Positions 37,129 to 50,255 of a stretch of 64,000 nucleotides of DNA are shown here, piece by piece (position 1 is the first letter of the stretch; the number at the start of each line of letters is the position of its first letter). The DNA is taken from NCBI GenBank assembly GCA_965153285.1, contig OZ229111.1. One strand, 5' to 3'. The translations under genes were made by a program, and so were the position numbers. The notes below the pieces were generated by a model. The model saw only the letters and a list, made by a program, of their open reading frames with translations, made no database searches and was not told where the DNA came from. This DNA is from Podarcis tiliguerta. Lineage: Eukaryota.

Positions 37129-37265
37129 TAGAGTAGTTAACATGGTGGCCTCCAAAAATTGTTGGATTACAACTCTCATCAGCCCTGATCATTGGTCATG
37201 CTGGCTGGACCTGATGGGAGTTGTAGTCTGATAACATTTGTAGGGTGCCGTCTTGGCTACCCCTG
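37129..37265. mobile_element. hAT MITE (5635 family, diverged)
   Basis: Palindromic ...acaactctcatcagccc...gatgggagttgtagtc. TSD gcatagtg / gaaaagtg. Confidence 0.75.
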
Positions 37266-37950
37266 GAAAAGTGTAAGGCCTTCACGCCTGATCATTTGAC
37301 TTTGGGGTGAGGGGGCTGCAGTGTAAGTGTGTTGAGGGTGAATCAGTGAGCAGAACTAACTAATAGAGACAAACTTCATACTCTGGGAATCACTACTTTG
37401 TCAGAACATTTAAAAAAGATGAAACAGACATTTAAGAAATAACTTGCACTGGCAGTCACATATATTGCAATGCAAACAGTTTTTGAGATTTAGCCCTTGG
37501 GTTTGTGTGCTTATGAAATCTGTACTTGCAGCAGAAGTCCTTTTCCTGATGTTTGTGCCACAAATGCAGAATTTGGGGAGCTTGAAATCAGATGTCACAG
37601 CTGAAACTGGTTTCTTTCAACCTTGTTTGTGATCACTGGTAAGCATTTAAAATGAATTTTGTGCCGAAAGTGTTGCTGACTGGGACAAGTCTTGGGCTGT
37701 TTCTCTACTTTGCCTTCCAACCAGGAGCAAGAAAAATGAGCTGCTTGTTTTGTCATAATATCTGCAGCAATATATTAAGGAACTGCATTTGTTAGTGGCA
37801 ATTAGATCCTCAAGAAATCCAGCCAAAGCCTTTTAATTCTCAGTTAGATAGTTCTGTAATGCACTAACTTGAAGTATAGCTCAGGAAGTTATATTACATA
37901 GGAATTGTTTACGAGTACTTCAGATTACTTTATTGAGTCTCCAAGTCCAA

Positions 37951-38082
37951 CAGGGATGGGTAACCTGTGTCCCTCCAGATGTTGTAGGAACAAACACCCA
38001 TCAGCTCCAGCCAGCATGGCCAATGGGTGATGGGACTTGGAGTCCAAAAAAATCTGGAGGGCCACAGGTTCCCTATTCCTTG
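37951..38082. mobile_element. hAT MITE (5635 family, diverged)
   Basis: cagggatgggtaacctgtgtccctccagat ... atctggagggccacaggttccctattcc. Confidence 0.75.
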
Positions 38083-38214
38083 ATCTAGTCTAAACTAGAA
38101 TCACTAGAAACAGTTTTAAGTTCCTTCATAGTTATCCCAGAAAATTGTCCCTTCAGCAGAAGACTGCAAAGCGTTACTAAGGTTAAAAGTTCTTTACTAA
38201 TTTATGTGCAGTGT

Positions 38215-38418
38215 TACATTTATATTCCACCTTTCCTCCAAGAACCTCAAGGTGGCGCACATGTTTTCTTCCTCCCCGTTTTGTCCTCACAACAACCCTG
38301 TGAGGGAGGTTAGGCTGAGAGACTGCGACTAGCCTAATGTTATCCAGTAACTTTCATGGCTGAGTAGGGATTTGAACCCTTGGCCCCCAGGGCCTAGTCC
38401 AGCACCCTAAACCACTGT
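38215..38418 (-). mobile_element. Squam3-like / MIR-related SINE
   Basis: tcctcacaacaaccctgtgagg..ggttaggctgagaga...gggatttgaaccc...taaccact. Confidence 0.75.
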
Positions 38419-41317
38419 GGGTAGGTTGCCACCTTGCAAATGGGACACCAGATGCGTACACATAGCTACCCCAGTGCCGAAGATGGTGGGGCTGCCATGG
38501 ATCTTCTTTCCCTCCTCAGTTCGCAGTCTCCTCCCCTCCTACCTTCCTCACCACATGTCTGGAGACTGAAGCAGCAGGTGAACAAGGGGCGGGCAACTGT
38601 ACTGGGGAGAGCTCAAGTAGGAAAATCCACAGAATTTGGATTTAAAGGTATGCACCCCATGTCTGGCTTGCAAGACTGACTCAGGGTGGTTTGTGGGAGT
38701 GGAACTCTGCTTGCTAAATGGAACATTCCCTTCCTGTCCTCTCTGTGTCCCCTAACCCTCCACAGCAGATTTAGAGGGTCATGAAGAGAAAGGGGAGGTT
38801 CTGCTCCTTGAGAAGAAGCCCATTTTGTTTACGCATGGACACAATTGGCTATAACCCAGAAGTGGAATAAAATTATTCCTTCCCTGCTCCTGGCTGGCTA
38901 GGGTTTGCTCCACCACCCAGACACCATTTTCTGCAGCCTAAATCATGTTGCTTCCCCTGCTACAGGACAGGGCTTTGGTGAGTTGCACGTTGGCAGGCCT
39001 GCTTGGGAGAAAAGACACTGGAGTGTGTATGAAGCTTCGTGGCCAATCTTTAGCACAGGTTTGACCTGGTGAAAGCTATTGATTTGCCAGTTGAAATATT
39101 TGCCCCCTGCACTGTCTGCCCCACACATGGGACATTCCACTAAGTAAGCTACAGCCTACTAATGCTTTTTCGGCTAGCTGGCACAGTTGGATTTTTGAGA
39201 AAGTGCCCTGAGAGCTATTCACAAAACGGATGTGTTGGGATGTGTGCCACATATCTAAGAGAGGACCACAAAATAGTGCTGAGATACCTCCCACCAGTCA
39301 CCCTATTATGGGTGGGCGCTGCTATGCTATCTCACAGAGAGAAGCTCTTTGCACCTCTTCTCTGTTTAGAACAGATGGCATAGTGGGCTTCCAATACTAG
39401 CATACAATCTGTACTTGCGGACAAGTTTAAAGGGATGTGTACACTGCAGGAGAGGCTGAGCCAGATAGTGAGCAGGAAGAGAAAACAGTGAATCATGTAT
39501 TGTGGATTTTTACTGAGACCTTTTGGGGATGCCATGGAGGGTGCTGGTGGGCACACTGGTGCCTGTGGGGACACCACTTGGCAAAGGTGAAACTGTTGAT
39601 GTGCCTGTAAGTGGCATGTGGTTCTGTTTGATCAAAAGCTGCTAGCAATTGTTATAAAGCACAGTAACTGGCAGAGAGCAAGGATTTCTGCATTTTGCAA
39701 TACATGGCCTACTTTAGGCTTGCCTCTCAGTGTCTCTTGCAATTCTCACAGAGCTATGGTGATGTTAGCAATGTCACACATAAGCCTAAATAAACAATGC
39801 AGAAATTCCTTAGTGATACATCCTTCTGGCATCAGGAAGACTAAATACAGAGGACACAAATGGTGGTTAAAACAAAAAAATACTTACGATGATTCACATA
39901 GTAAACACACAAGAGTGCCTACCATCTGCATTGCAAGAACCCACAGAAAACTATTTTCTTCTTAAACCTCAAGAAAGGAAAAAGTCAGATGAAAAAGAAT
40001 TTAGGTTAACTCTGTGTGTTTGTTAGCCGCTTCCTCCCCAACCCCAAGGATGTTCGCAAATACCTTTCACATGAGCAGGTTCTGCTGTTGCATAGTTAGA
40101 GCATGTATGGTCTTCATTTTCTTAGTTGGATTAAGATGTGCTGCTAAAAGCCATAATTCATTATGCACTTCCTGTTCACAGAGTGTGGGAACTTTAAAAA
40201 GCACCCCTAATAATAGAGACTTGCTTGCCCTAACAGTCCCTTAAAATAAGTTTAAACAGGTAGTACTGTCCATTAAAAATGTTAAGCTTTGTGAGAAGTG
40301 CAGCTTCTCTTAAGGAGACACACACACACTGTATAGTGTGAGTTACACTGACTGGGAAATAAAGGCTTGGATATATCTAATGCCAATATGTATCTGACTT
40401 TTAATCTTCCTGCGGAAATGTAGATGGGTCACTTTTAAAACAACGCAGACGTGCTGCTTGTAGCCCAGCTGTGGGTTCTTGGTAAAACTGAAACATGCCC
40501 TCTTTTAAAAAAGATTGTTTACTGTCTGCCCTTTGCTGCTGAAGAACAAATAGTCCTGTATCACAGACAGCTCTGAAGGCATTTTGCCAAGTTGCATGTG
40601 ACCAAGAATTAATAATAATTCTTACGAGCCTTCTTTTGTCAGTCAAATTTAATTTGAGCAGAGCAGTCTGCATCAGAGCTGACTTTCAAATATACCACCA
40701 CAGATGCATGCGCACACACAGAGCCTCAAATGACCTGAGGATGCGCTGAGAGTTTAATTTTATATGCATCTCTTTTATCAACTTAAAATATGTGTCTTCT
40801 GTGCTCAAGGTAGCTACTCAGGGATGTTCATTCGGTGCTTACATGCAGAAGTGAAACAAAGTGGCTACCTAAGAAAAAGTACAGTAGGTTCCTGTTTTTT
40901 GTGAGGCTCTCACTCTGCATGGGCTTCGCTTGTTCTCCCAGGGGAGCAGCATGGAATGAAGTCTGCACTGATAGGACTGAATATGGATTGGTACCACATT
41001 GTCCTCCCCATTTCAGAGCTAAGGTGTGGAAGGACAGCTTGTTCAAAGGATTGATTTCAGTAAACATCTCCCTATTCGTTATGGCTTAAAGCGTCCTTTA
41101 ATTATTCATTTCCTGATTGCAGTCCACGGTTGGCAACGGTCTCTCCCACCTCATGTGTTTTCCAGTGGCTCCTTCTCCTGGTTACCAACTCTTTAATTCA
41201 TTTCCTGAACTGAGCTAAATAAAGGGCCACTACCTGGTCTGAGGGAAGGTTGCTGACCTCTGAGTTGGAGGGTTCTTGTGCTCTGTTACTCAGTCAGTCA
41301 GACCGACAGACAGTTTG

Positions 41318-41322
<5 letters not shown>

Positions 41323-41362
<40 letters not shown>
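41323..41362 (+). repeat. (CT)n microsatellite
   Basis: Read directly. Confidence 0.95.
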
Positions 41363-41365
<3 letters not shown>

Positions 41366-41910
41366 TTTTCTAACATGTAGATGGGAGCTGCTTTCCTGTT
41401 CTGTTATCCCACACTGCTGATAATTTGTGTGTGAATACAAGAACTACACGGGTGACCGAGTTGCCTGTGCCTTTGCCACTGTGGCTCTTGATTGGGTAGA
41501 AAGGGCATATGTGATTGTCCCCACCTATGTACTTCTGGTATTCATGGATCTCCTGCAGTAGTTTTTGTTGGTTTAACTTAGTTTATTTAATAACTTGCTT
41601 TTTAAGTCCCAAGGGACTCTCCCAGTGTGACTTAGAATTGTTAAAACAACAAGAAAACAGTAAATAGTGATAAAACAATCTAGTGGCAAAATCTGATTGG
41701 GATGGCATTTGATCTACTGGAGGTGCCCACGAAGATGGGGGGGGGGGGCAATTTTCACTTAGTTGCCCTCCTATTGCAGACCTCTCTGGAAAATCCATTG
41801 TTCGGCTTGGGGAAACCCTCTAAAATAGTGTGAAAGGTGACGTGGGGGTAGGGCTGTAGCGGGAAGAGGGGGACATAGAAAATCATCCCATTCCTCTTTG
41901 CTTAGCAGCC

Positions 41911-42105
41911 AGGAACATAGAAAGCTGCCTTATACTGAGTCAAATCATTGTCCACCTACCTCAGTATTGTCTACCCTGACTGGCAACAGCACCCCAGGCT
42001 TTTAGGGAGGGTTCTTTCCCAGCCCTTCCTGTAGATGCCAGGGATTGGACCTGGGACATTCTGCATGCAAGGCAGATGTTCTGCCATGGAGCTATGGCCC
42101 TTCCC
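41911..42105 (-). mobile_element. tRNA-derived SINE (Squam2-like)
   Basis: Reverse complement of the 26369 family: aggaacatagaaagctgccttatactgagtca ... tgcatgcaaggcagatg..gagctatggccc. Confidence 0.8.
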
Positions 42106-44451
42106 TCCATTGGACGCCGCCACTGGATCAAAATCTGCATGGAATTATGTAGTGGATTTCAACCAATAAATTAAGCCATTTGAGCGGCCAGAAATCTCAA
42201 TATAAAAACCAAATAAAATACCAAGGCTGCAATCCTTTAGCAATTATTTGAGCATCATTCTGAAGGACTTATTTCTGAGTAGACATGCAGAAGATTATGC
42301 AATGCAATGTCTAAAAATAAGCTCCTCTCCTAGCACCCAAAAGAAATCAAAGTCAGTACCAGGAGAGATTTGCACTGTTGGTACACCACAACTGAAAAGG
42401 CCCTATTTATGGTCACCCCCTTCTCTAAAAGTAAGGGCACCCAGAAAGCTGCCTCTGATCTTAATACATGTGGGAGAAGCCCATCGCTAAGGTACCCAGA
42501 TTACAACGTGAGGAACTGGCTGTCATTACAAGATGGGATTCAACTAACAAGTTCTACCAGCGGAAGCCTGTGCAAGGACTTCTGCTAGTGCTATGGGGCT
42601 TCCCCTCCTCTGCTTCGCCTACCACCCCACTGGGATACCGTACCTCCCAGAACAGTGCACTAGGGAGCAGTGTAGAAGAGTGGGCAGATCATTATTCCAT
42701 TAGGCAAGCAGGTGGAGCGATCCTACGTTGAATTCCTCCTGCAGCTTGGTGTGACCAAATGGGCCTCCCTCTCTCCCCCTCCATCTTCCTCTCTGTCTTC
42801 TGCTTGGAAAGAAACCTGCAGCTGTAGCACCCTGCTGTAGACAGTGCTCACACAAAGCAATGTGTTTCTTCAAGCGAAGTGGTTCTGAGATAATAAATTA
42901 ATAATGATTTCACACTACAGGATTTGTGTGTGCTGCGTGTGCCTCTCCAAACAAGGATAAGCTCCTTGCTGAACACAGGTTCTGAGCATGTACAGTTTGA
43001 ATAGTCGGGCTCAGGCATGCTGACCGTGAAGTTTTTATGAGGTTTGGGGTGTTGTGTTACATAAATGCTTAAATGCATTCTTGGATGGAATGAATAAAGT
43101 TCTCCTGACGTCGGGAACATTTTGTGTTTATAGCCTGATTTGTGGAGTTTAGTTAGCTCCAGTATCTCCCCCAAAGTGGCTGGATCAGACCTTGGTGGTT
43201 GGTTGGTTTTTGCTGAAAAGTATTTATTAAGATTAACTCTCTACACTAGTTGGTTTCCAGGAGCACAGTAGAAGCAGTGGAGGAATGGAGCGAAACCAAG
43301 CAGCATAGACTCACACACGTTAATGTTCTCATTAAACCATAGTTTGTTTTTAACTGTTGTTTAATGGGGAACTCAAACGAGGCTACCTGGAAGCAAGAGG
43401 TGCCAATAATTGTGGGTTAGTCCAGCCCATCTCTCATTCTGAATATTCTCAGTTAGAACATGTTGAAATATGGGGAAATTTGAGCCTTGATTCCAAAAGT
43501 AGGCCCAGGATGTTTTGGTACTTGTAAGGCTTATGCTGTTATCTACTGCTCAGATTGCTTGAAGTGTTATCGGTCTGAACACTCTCAAATGTGGAAGCAA
43601 GTCGGCAAGCAAATAAGTAAATGGGTTCACTTCACAAACTCTGTTGTAAAATGCAGGCCTTTTATCCTATCTATCCCAAAAGTGAGACAGCGGCATGTTT
43701 TACTGCTAGCTTGATTAAAAATTAAGTGTTATCACAGGCTGAGGTGCACGTAAAACACTTGTAGGTCTGCTCAGACTGCTGCTGACAGCCTCTGGTCTCC
43801 TAACAGCTTCTCAATTGAGAGTTGGTAAAATACTTGCATTTTGCCTAAGCAGTAGCCTTCAAGGGAGGCGGGGGGGGGGGGGGAGATATCTGCTGTAAAT
43901 GGCCAATAACAAAACAAACAAAAAACAGTGAAGTGCTTGGTTTGCATTTCAACAGTATAAGCAAGAATCCAGTTGTCTAGTGGCATGGTAACAATTTTAA
44001 AACATGGCAAATATATTAGTTAATCATATGGATGCAATCAATCCTATAGGTATTGCATCTTAATGCAGCTAATGTTTTCTGCACCAGTGCAACAGATACA
44101 CAGGTGCTTAAGGTGTTATAAGGGCTTTGTTCACCAAAAAAGTTCAATTACTACAGCGGCATGTACATGGTACTATTATTATTATTATTATTATTATTGT
44201 ATCCCACCTGTTCTCCCAGGAGCATAGTTCTGCTCCCCACCCCATTTTAATCTCCACAACAACCATGTGAGTAGGTTAGGCTGAAAGCTAGACTTCATTC
44301 AGATGCTCGTATCTCAGTTGATTAATCCAAGATATGCATCATTTTCTCCTTCCCTCCTCTCTTCTTTTCATGCTTCAGCTGAAGAATTTCAGGGTTAATT
44401 AACCATAGTTTTGTCTGATGTCTAAACTGGGAATACCAGGATTAGAACAAA

Positions 44452-44686
44452 GGGTGCTTCCAGACGGGTGTTTATTGTGGTGTTGGTTCTCCTCATGCAT
44501 GTAAGGGGTTTTCGTGTGTGTGTGTGTGTGTGTGTGAAGTCCACATGATGTCATCGACATCAAAATGCCAGTCCATATTTCCCTCCCATTTAATCTTGAT
44601 TTACCTTTTCCGGGGGAAATCCAATAAGTAAAAAAAGCTGTTCATAATGACTTGTTTGCAAATTAAGCCCCCATCTGGAAACATCC
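44452..44686. mobile_element. Harbinger-like MITE nested in a larger fold-back
   Basis: TIR gggtgcttccagacggg / cccatctggaaacatcc (14 of 17), 3-bp AAA on both flanks. Confidence 0.55.
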
Positions 44687-46591
44687 AAAGTAGCATTGTA
44701 AACCACAGCTTGAAGTTAGTTTAAGAACCTGGTTTGCTCTGAGCCTGGCAACAATAATTTCCCAGTATGGATGTAACAAGAAACTATAATTAATTAGCTC
44801 AGGGAGACTTCAGTTGTGGCACATAAGAAGGGAAGAGGGAAGTGGTAGCTTGGGGAGAGAATGAGTAGCGAGCAGAAGACATGTGCACAACTCAGCGTCA
44901 GAGAGCAAAATGTCATTGCAATATGAAGAACTAAGAGTAAGGAAATCTTTTTTTCCTTTTCTTTTGCCATACTGATGAAAGCAAAAACTTTTAAACTAAT
45001 AAATGGCAGCTGCAACAAACTCTTGTAGTGTGGAGTGTTCCTGTTCGGAGTGCAAGCCAGCCAAGCCCATGGAGAACTGAGCTTGCTATTAATGTGTGTA
45101 AACACGCGAACATACACATGTATGTGCTGAAGGTAATTCATTGTAACAGCACAGCTGAAGCTGCACATGGATAATGCCAACCAAATTGGCTTTAAGTCTT
45201 CACACAGAATGGTATCAATTATCTGGGTGTTGTTTCACTTAGAGGAAAAAGAATTTCTTTAGAGAAAAATCTGGTCAGGGCTAGGAATATTGACACAATT
45301 GATGCCAAGGGTTACTTCCTTTGTGGGGCTGGGATGGCCTTCCAAGCGAGAGAAAAACCTAAGGATGGGCAGATAATTGCAGGTTTTCGTTTTCATTTTA
45401 GCAACTAAAAACCCTAAAGTCATTCCTCCACACATAATGAGCCACCACAGTCTTCTTCTGCATCATCACAGTGGTTGTAGCGTTTTAACTTTTGCTGTGT
45501 TGAGCAGCCAAGCTGGCAGACTGCATCAATGAAGAGATTTTATTTCATCCCTTTTCCTTGCCATGGCTTATGTAATTCCTTTCCATGGCAACTCCTTCCA
45601 GAGATGCACCAGCTTTCTGGCTGGTACCTCCTACTACCGTGGGAATGGTTCGACCTGTTTGCTAGCCATTAGGAATTCAACCTAGGATTGGGGCAGGAGA
45701 ATACTGAATTCTTGTGTTTTGGCCCCAAAGGGAGCATCACTGGAGCACTGGGAGTTTGTCTCTCCACACAACTGGCAGTGTTAAAATGTCAGCTGTGTGC
45801 TAAGTAGGTAGATTAGGAATGAACACCTGCTACTATAGTCATACGTTGTTGCATTCCAGCTCCCATCAGCCCCAGCCAGTGTGTGTAATGGTCAAGGGCG
45901 ATGGGAGTTGTCCAGGAACATTTGGAGGGCCTAGGTTAGCCACCCTCGAGTTACAGGATTAAGCTGACACTTGTTAAAAATCATAGCGAGGCAGCATATA
46001 GATCTTCAAGAAAATGTAGAGCTACGCAATCATCCTCCGCAGATGGAATAACAAGTATATTGCCAGATGCAACTGAAGAGTCCTGCTAGTGGAAGCCTGT
46101 GCAAGGACTTCTGGGAGCGTAACGGGGCTTTACCCCTCTCCCCTGCTCTGTGCCCCCCATATTTGCTTGGGGGGCATTGGGAAAACCCCAATAACAGTGC
46201 ATCAGGGGGAGAGGAGGGGTCATTCAATCTAGCAAGCTGAAATATTTGCACTGATCCAACAATTGTCATAGCACTATGCTGAATTCCTCACAGAGAGTCA
46301 CAGCTGAAGGAAGATGGATTCCCTTACAAAAGAGATCAGGATGACCTTCAGGAGTGTAGGGGAGTTGGGTTGCAACCTGGAGATTCCCTGCTGGCTTTAC
46401 ATTTGCTGCAGAATTTTGAGATGAGGCAGCTTTGGTTATTTCTGTCTCTTTCCTCCTTTTATTTATCACCGTCTGAGCAGCAACATCTAGAATCCTGGTT
46501 CCTACAGAAGGAAGGGAGAGGGAAACAAACAGAAGATGTGACTACAGCTCCTGGGCAATGATAGCAAAAATAATGCTGGCTTTCTTAATTA

Positions 46592-46820
46592 CAGTGGTAC
46601 CTCAGGTTATGAATTTAATTAGTTCCGGAGGTCCGTTCCTAACCTGAAACCGTTCTTAACCTGAGGCACGCTTTCGCTAATGGGGTCTCCCGCTGCTGCT
46701 GTGCGATTTCCGTTCTCACCAGGGGCAAAGTTCACAACCCGAGGTACTACTTCCAGGTTAGCAGAGATTGTAACTTGAAGCATTTGTAACCCGAAGCGTT
46801 TGTAACCCAAGGTACCACTG
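46592..46820. mobile_element. Tc1/mariner (Tigger-like) MITE
   Basis: TA|cagtggtacctcaggtt ... aacccaaggtaccactg|TA. Confidence 0.9.
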
Positions 46821-47277
46821 TAATTTTGTTGGAGGTGGTATTACCAATATTAGTGAGCAGTGTTGATACCACTGGTTTCACTGCACATGCCAAGCATAAA
46901 TTTCCTTCAGGGAATTAGGTCTTCCTTCCTTCCTAATGTCTCAACAAATGAAACTGATTTGTAAAAATGTTACATTGGGGGGGGGGGGGAATACGAGAGA
47001 GACATTGCAAACATTTTTGTAAATCAAGAAAATCTTTAATAAAAAAGATGGGGGGAAAGGAATTAGGTCTTTTGTCAACCCTTTATGACAGAAACTGTGG
47101 CCCTTTGGATGTTGTTGGACTACAAGTTTCATCATTTCTGACTGTTTCCCATGCTTGCTGAGGATTATGGGAGTGGTATTCTGTCAACATCTGAGGTGCC
47201 TTAGGTTCTCTGTGTGGGGAATCACCAGAATATATTTGCTTCCAAACAGGATTGCCATTTTCCTCAAAAATCATATA

Positions 47278-47420
47278 TGTATTTATTATTACATTTATAT
47301 CCCACCTGCAAGAAGCTCAAGGTAGCATACACGATTCTCCCTTTCCTCAGTTTATCCTCTCAACAGCCTTGTGAGGTAGGTTAGGCTGACTGAAGGTAAC
47401 TGGCCGAGGTCAATAATGTG
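47278..47420 (-). mobile_element. Squam3-like SINE 3' part
   Basis: tttatatcccacc...tttatcctctcaacagccttgtgaggtaggttaggctga. Confidence 0.65.
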
Positions 47421-49526
47421 ACTCGACTTTATTTTATCTGGTTTCTTGTGGCAGGATATAAAACATTCCACAGTTGGTGTGGAGGTGGTGATGTATTTTG
47501 AAATACTTTGTTTCCCAAACCGCTGATTCACTTGCAAAGAAAATATAGATATGCTTAAATATATTTTTCAATCCTGAGTGATGGAAGATAGGCCCACCAT
47601 GCAAGTTTCAGGAAATAGCTATTATATGATGGGGAAGGCTGGAACAAAAGATATTCTGACACACAGTGCCAAGCCCTTAAGAATAATGGTTGAAAGCAGA
47701 ACGCTTAATATGGCTTAATGGCACAAATATGTTGAAACACCAATGTAATAAAAACAGTGCAAGTGGGATTTGAAAAGCAAATGGGAAAATATTAACATGA
47801 GAATGCATCTGGAAGGATGGGTGGGAGTTTAAAAGTGTCCTCATGTTCTCCTGGCAAACGCAGTGGTGGTTCTGGTTCTTATTAGAACAATTTAGAAGTC
47901 AACAAACTGCTGACCTTAATTAAGAATCTTTTCATAATCTATCATCCTCTTCCTACAGCAGTTCCTTGCTAAATAATCTTAGGAACTTGTTTTGAGCTGG
48001 GAAAATGTGTGTCTTGAATGCTCAGCTTGTCTGGAACAAAGTAGGGTGTTTTTTAACCATCTTTAAAATGATAGCTATGAGTAATAGGAACCCTGAAAAT
48101 TATGGGTTATGACTGAATAATAAAATAAAAGAAATAATAGGCAGTACTGGGGTAACAATATTCTGTAACTATAGAAGCAAAAGTATATTTCTAGAGTAGG
48201 TTTGCCAGGTAAACATTTTTTTATCAGTCCACCTCCATGCAGAAGATTACTTTCTTTAATCCCTGCCTGATACACAGGATAAAAGCAGGGATACCTGCTT
48301 TTGAGTTGTAGGAAGGAACCTGATAAACTGAAAGGAGAACTTTGTGGTGTGTGGAAAGGACCCTTTTAGAGGGAGGAGGACAGAAACCAGCCAACAAGAT
48401 GCTGTGGAATAATTCAAGCAGAAATATTCCTGAGATGGCCAAAATCATGATCAGATGCAGGAAGGATCATGTCCGCTGACGTGCTAGGATTAAAACCACA
48501 AGTTCACTTGCAACAATTTCCCAATCACAATTCTGGCTCAGGATATAGAACAGTGGTTAATACACAGCTCATTTGATTTTTTTTATTGTTAATTTTATTT
48601 TCTACATTTTACTTTTTGTTTGTAAACATCTCTGGAATCTCATATACCCACTCTGGGGTGTTCATTTTGAACCTTTGATATCTTTTATGCCACTCTGTGT
48701 GAAAGAAAAGCCTTTGCAGAATTACTGGAATGGTAGCTGGGAAAATAAAACCATCCCACTCGGTTGGGCAGAAGGCTGCTCTACAGGCTTTGCCAGCCGC
48801 CTTCTGCTGAAGATGATTGGATTGGGTTCAGTACCATTCAAGGAAGCTGTGTGATATTTTATGTTTCCTTTCTTACAGGAATAAGGGCTACTGGATATGA
48901 GTCCACAGTGTTGTGAAGCAACATTTTCAGTAGCTGTGGCAGTTCAGTTGCCTGGGAGACACTTAATTCATGTGAATTTGGGGCGATGGCTCAACCCTGC
49001 TCTCTCCAGAGTACAATGAATGAACAATTGACTTGTCTCCTAAATATTTGCCCAGAAAATATTGACCCTTAGTTGGTGTATTGCTGACTCAAATCGGCCC
49101 TCCACCTACGTATTATCCAATGGGCTAATGAAAGGAGAGTCTTGATTTACACATAGTAAAGCCCTTGCTTTAAAAGCTGTTGATGCATTTTAAATTATAA
49201 TTTAAAATAGTAAAATTTTGAACTGTAACAAAACAGTTGGAGAGAAAGAAGTAGTTATTGTTCCTGTCACCACTGCTGTCCTACAGCAATCCATTGTTAT
49301 TACCTTTTTAAAAACAACAGTGTGTCTTTTACCCCCAATAGCTACTGCATATGCTGTATGGGAGATTGATACTTCCAGAACAGACAATGAAGTAACACTT
49401 TGAAAAGATGTCCAAAGCTGCTGAGGAGCATGGGTTTGTGTAGGACAGAAGTTTCTGCTTCATTCTCATCCTCCTTCCATTGCTGACCCATGGTATGGTT
49501 ATTGAACATGAGGCTTCCACCTTGCT

Positions 49527-49635
49527 GAAGCTAAGCAGGTCTAGGTCTTGCCAGTGCCAGAGACATCCAGGGAACCCTCAGTTTTGTGCCCCCTCAGTGG
49601 TTCTATGATGAAAGGACGGTGGGATATAATTGTAA
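49527..49635 (+). mobile_element. 5S rRNA-derived SINE remnant with L2-like tail
   Basis: gaagctaagcagg...cagtgcc.gagacatccagggaacc aligns by eye to 5S GAAGCTAAGCAGG...AGTAC...GAGACCGCCTGGGAATACC, followed by gaaaggacggtgggatataa. Confidence 0.5.
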
Positions 49636-49959
49636 GATCTCTCCTCCCCCCCCCATCCCAAACCTTCTCTGGCTACTGTTTGTTCCAACCAGTGGTTTGA
49701 TGGGTTTTGAGGTTTTCTAACCAGTGGAAGAGCTCTAAGATGTGGACGGAGGTAGATAGATGTGGCAAAGCTTAAATGATTGATTATGAAATTCATGCTG
49801 ATTTACACTGTCCGGTGTCAACCATCCCTTAATTCATTTTTAACTGCTGATCCATTTTTTTTACCTGTTTAGAGAATAACGTAGAGGTTTTGTGAGTTGA
49901 AGTGAAGCCAACAATGATAATAATGACTTCCCTGACTTTCAACTCTTTTATCATCGGAT

Positions 49960-50255
49960 AATATTTATTATTATATTTATTTATTTCTTTGTTTGATATA
50001 TATACCTCCCTTCATCATTAGATCTCAGGGTGATTTACAGAATAAAATACAGGATAAAAACAAGTAAATAATTAAAAATAAAACAGCAAAATAATAACTC
50101 CCGCTTCCCACAGACACATTAAAAAAGCTGTAGAGTATTAATCAGCCCAGTTGAAGAGGAATGTTGAAAAGGCCTGGTTGAAGAGGAATGTTTTTGCCTG
50201 GTGCCCAAAAACATACAATGAAGGTGCCCGGTGAACCTCCCTGGGGAACGATTAT
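49960..50255 (-). mobile_element. L2 3' end
   Basis: Reversed (TA/TTA)-rich tail; ...gaatgtttttgcctggtgccc...gaaggtgccc..gaacctccctgggga. Confidence 0.65.
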
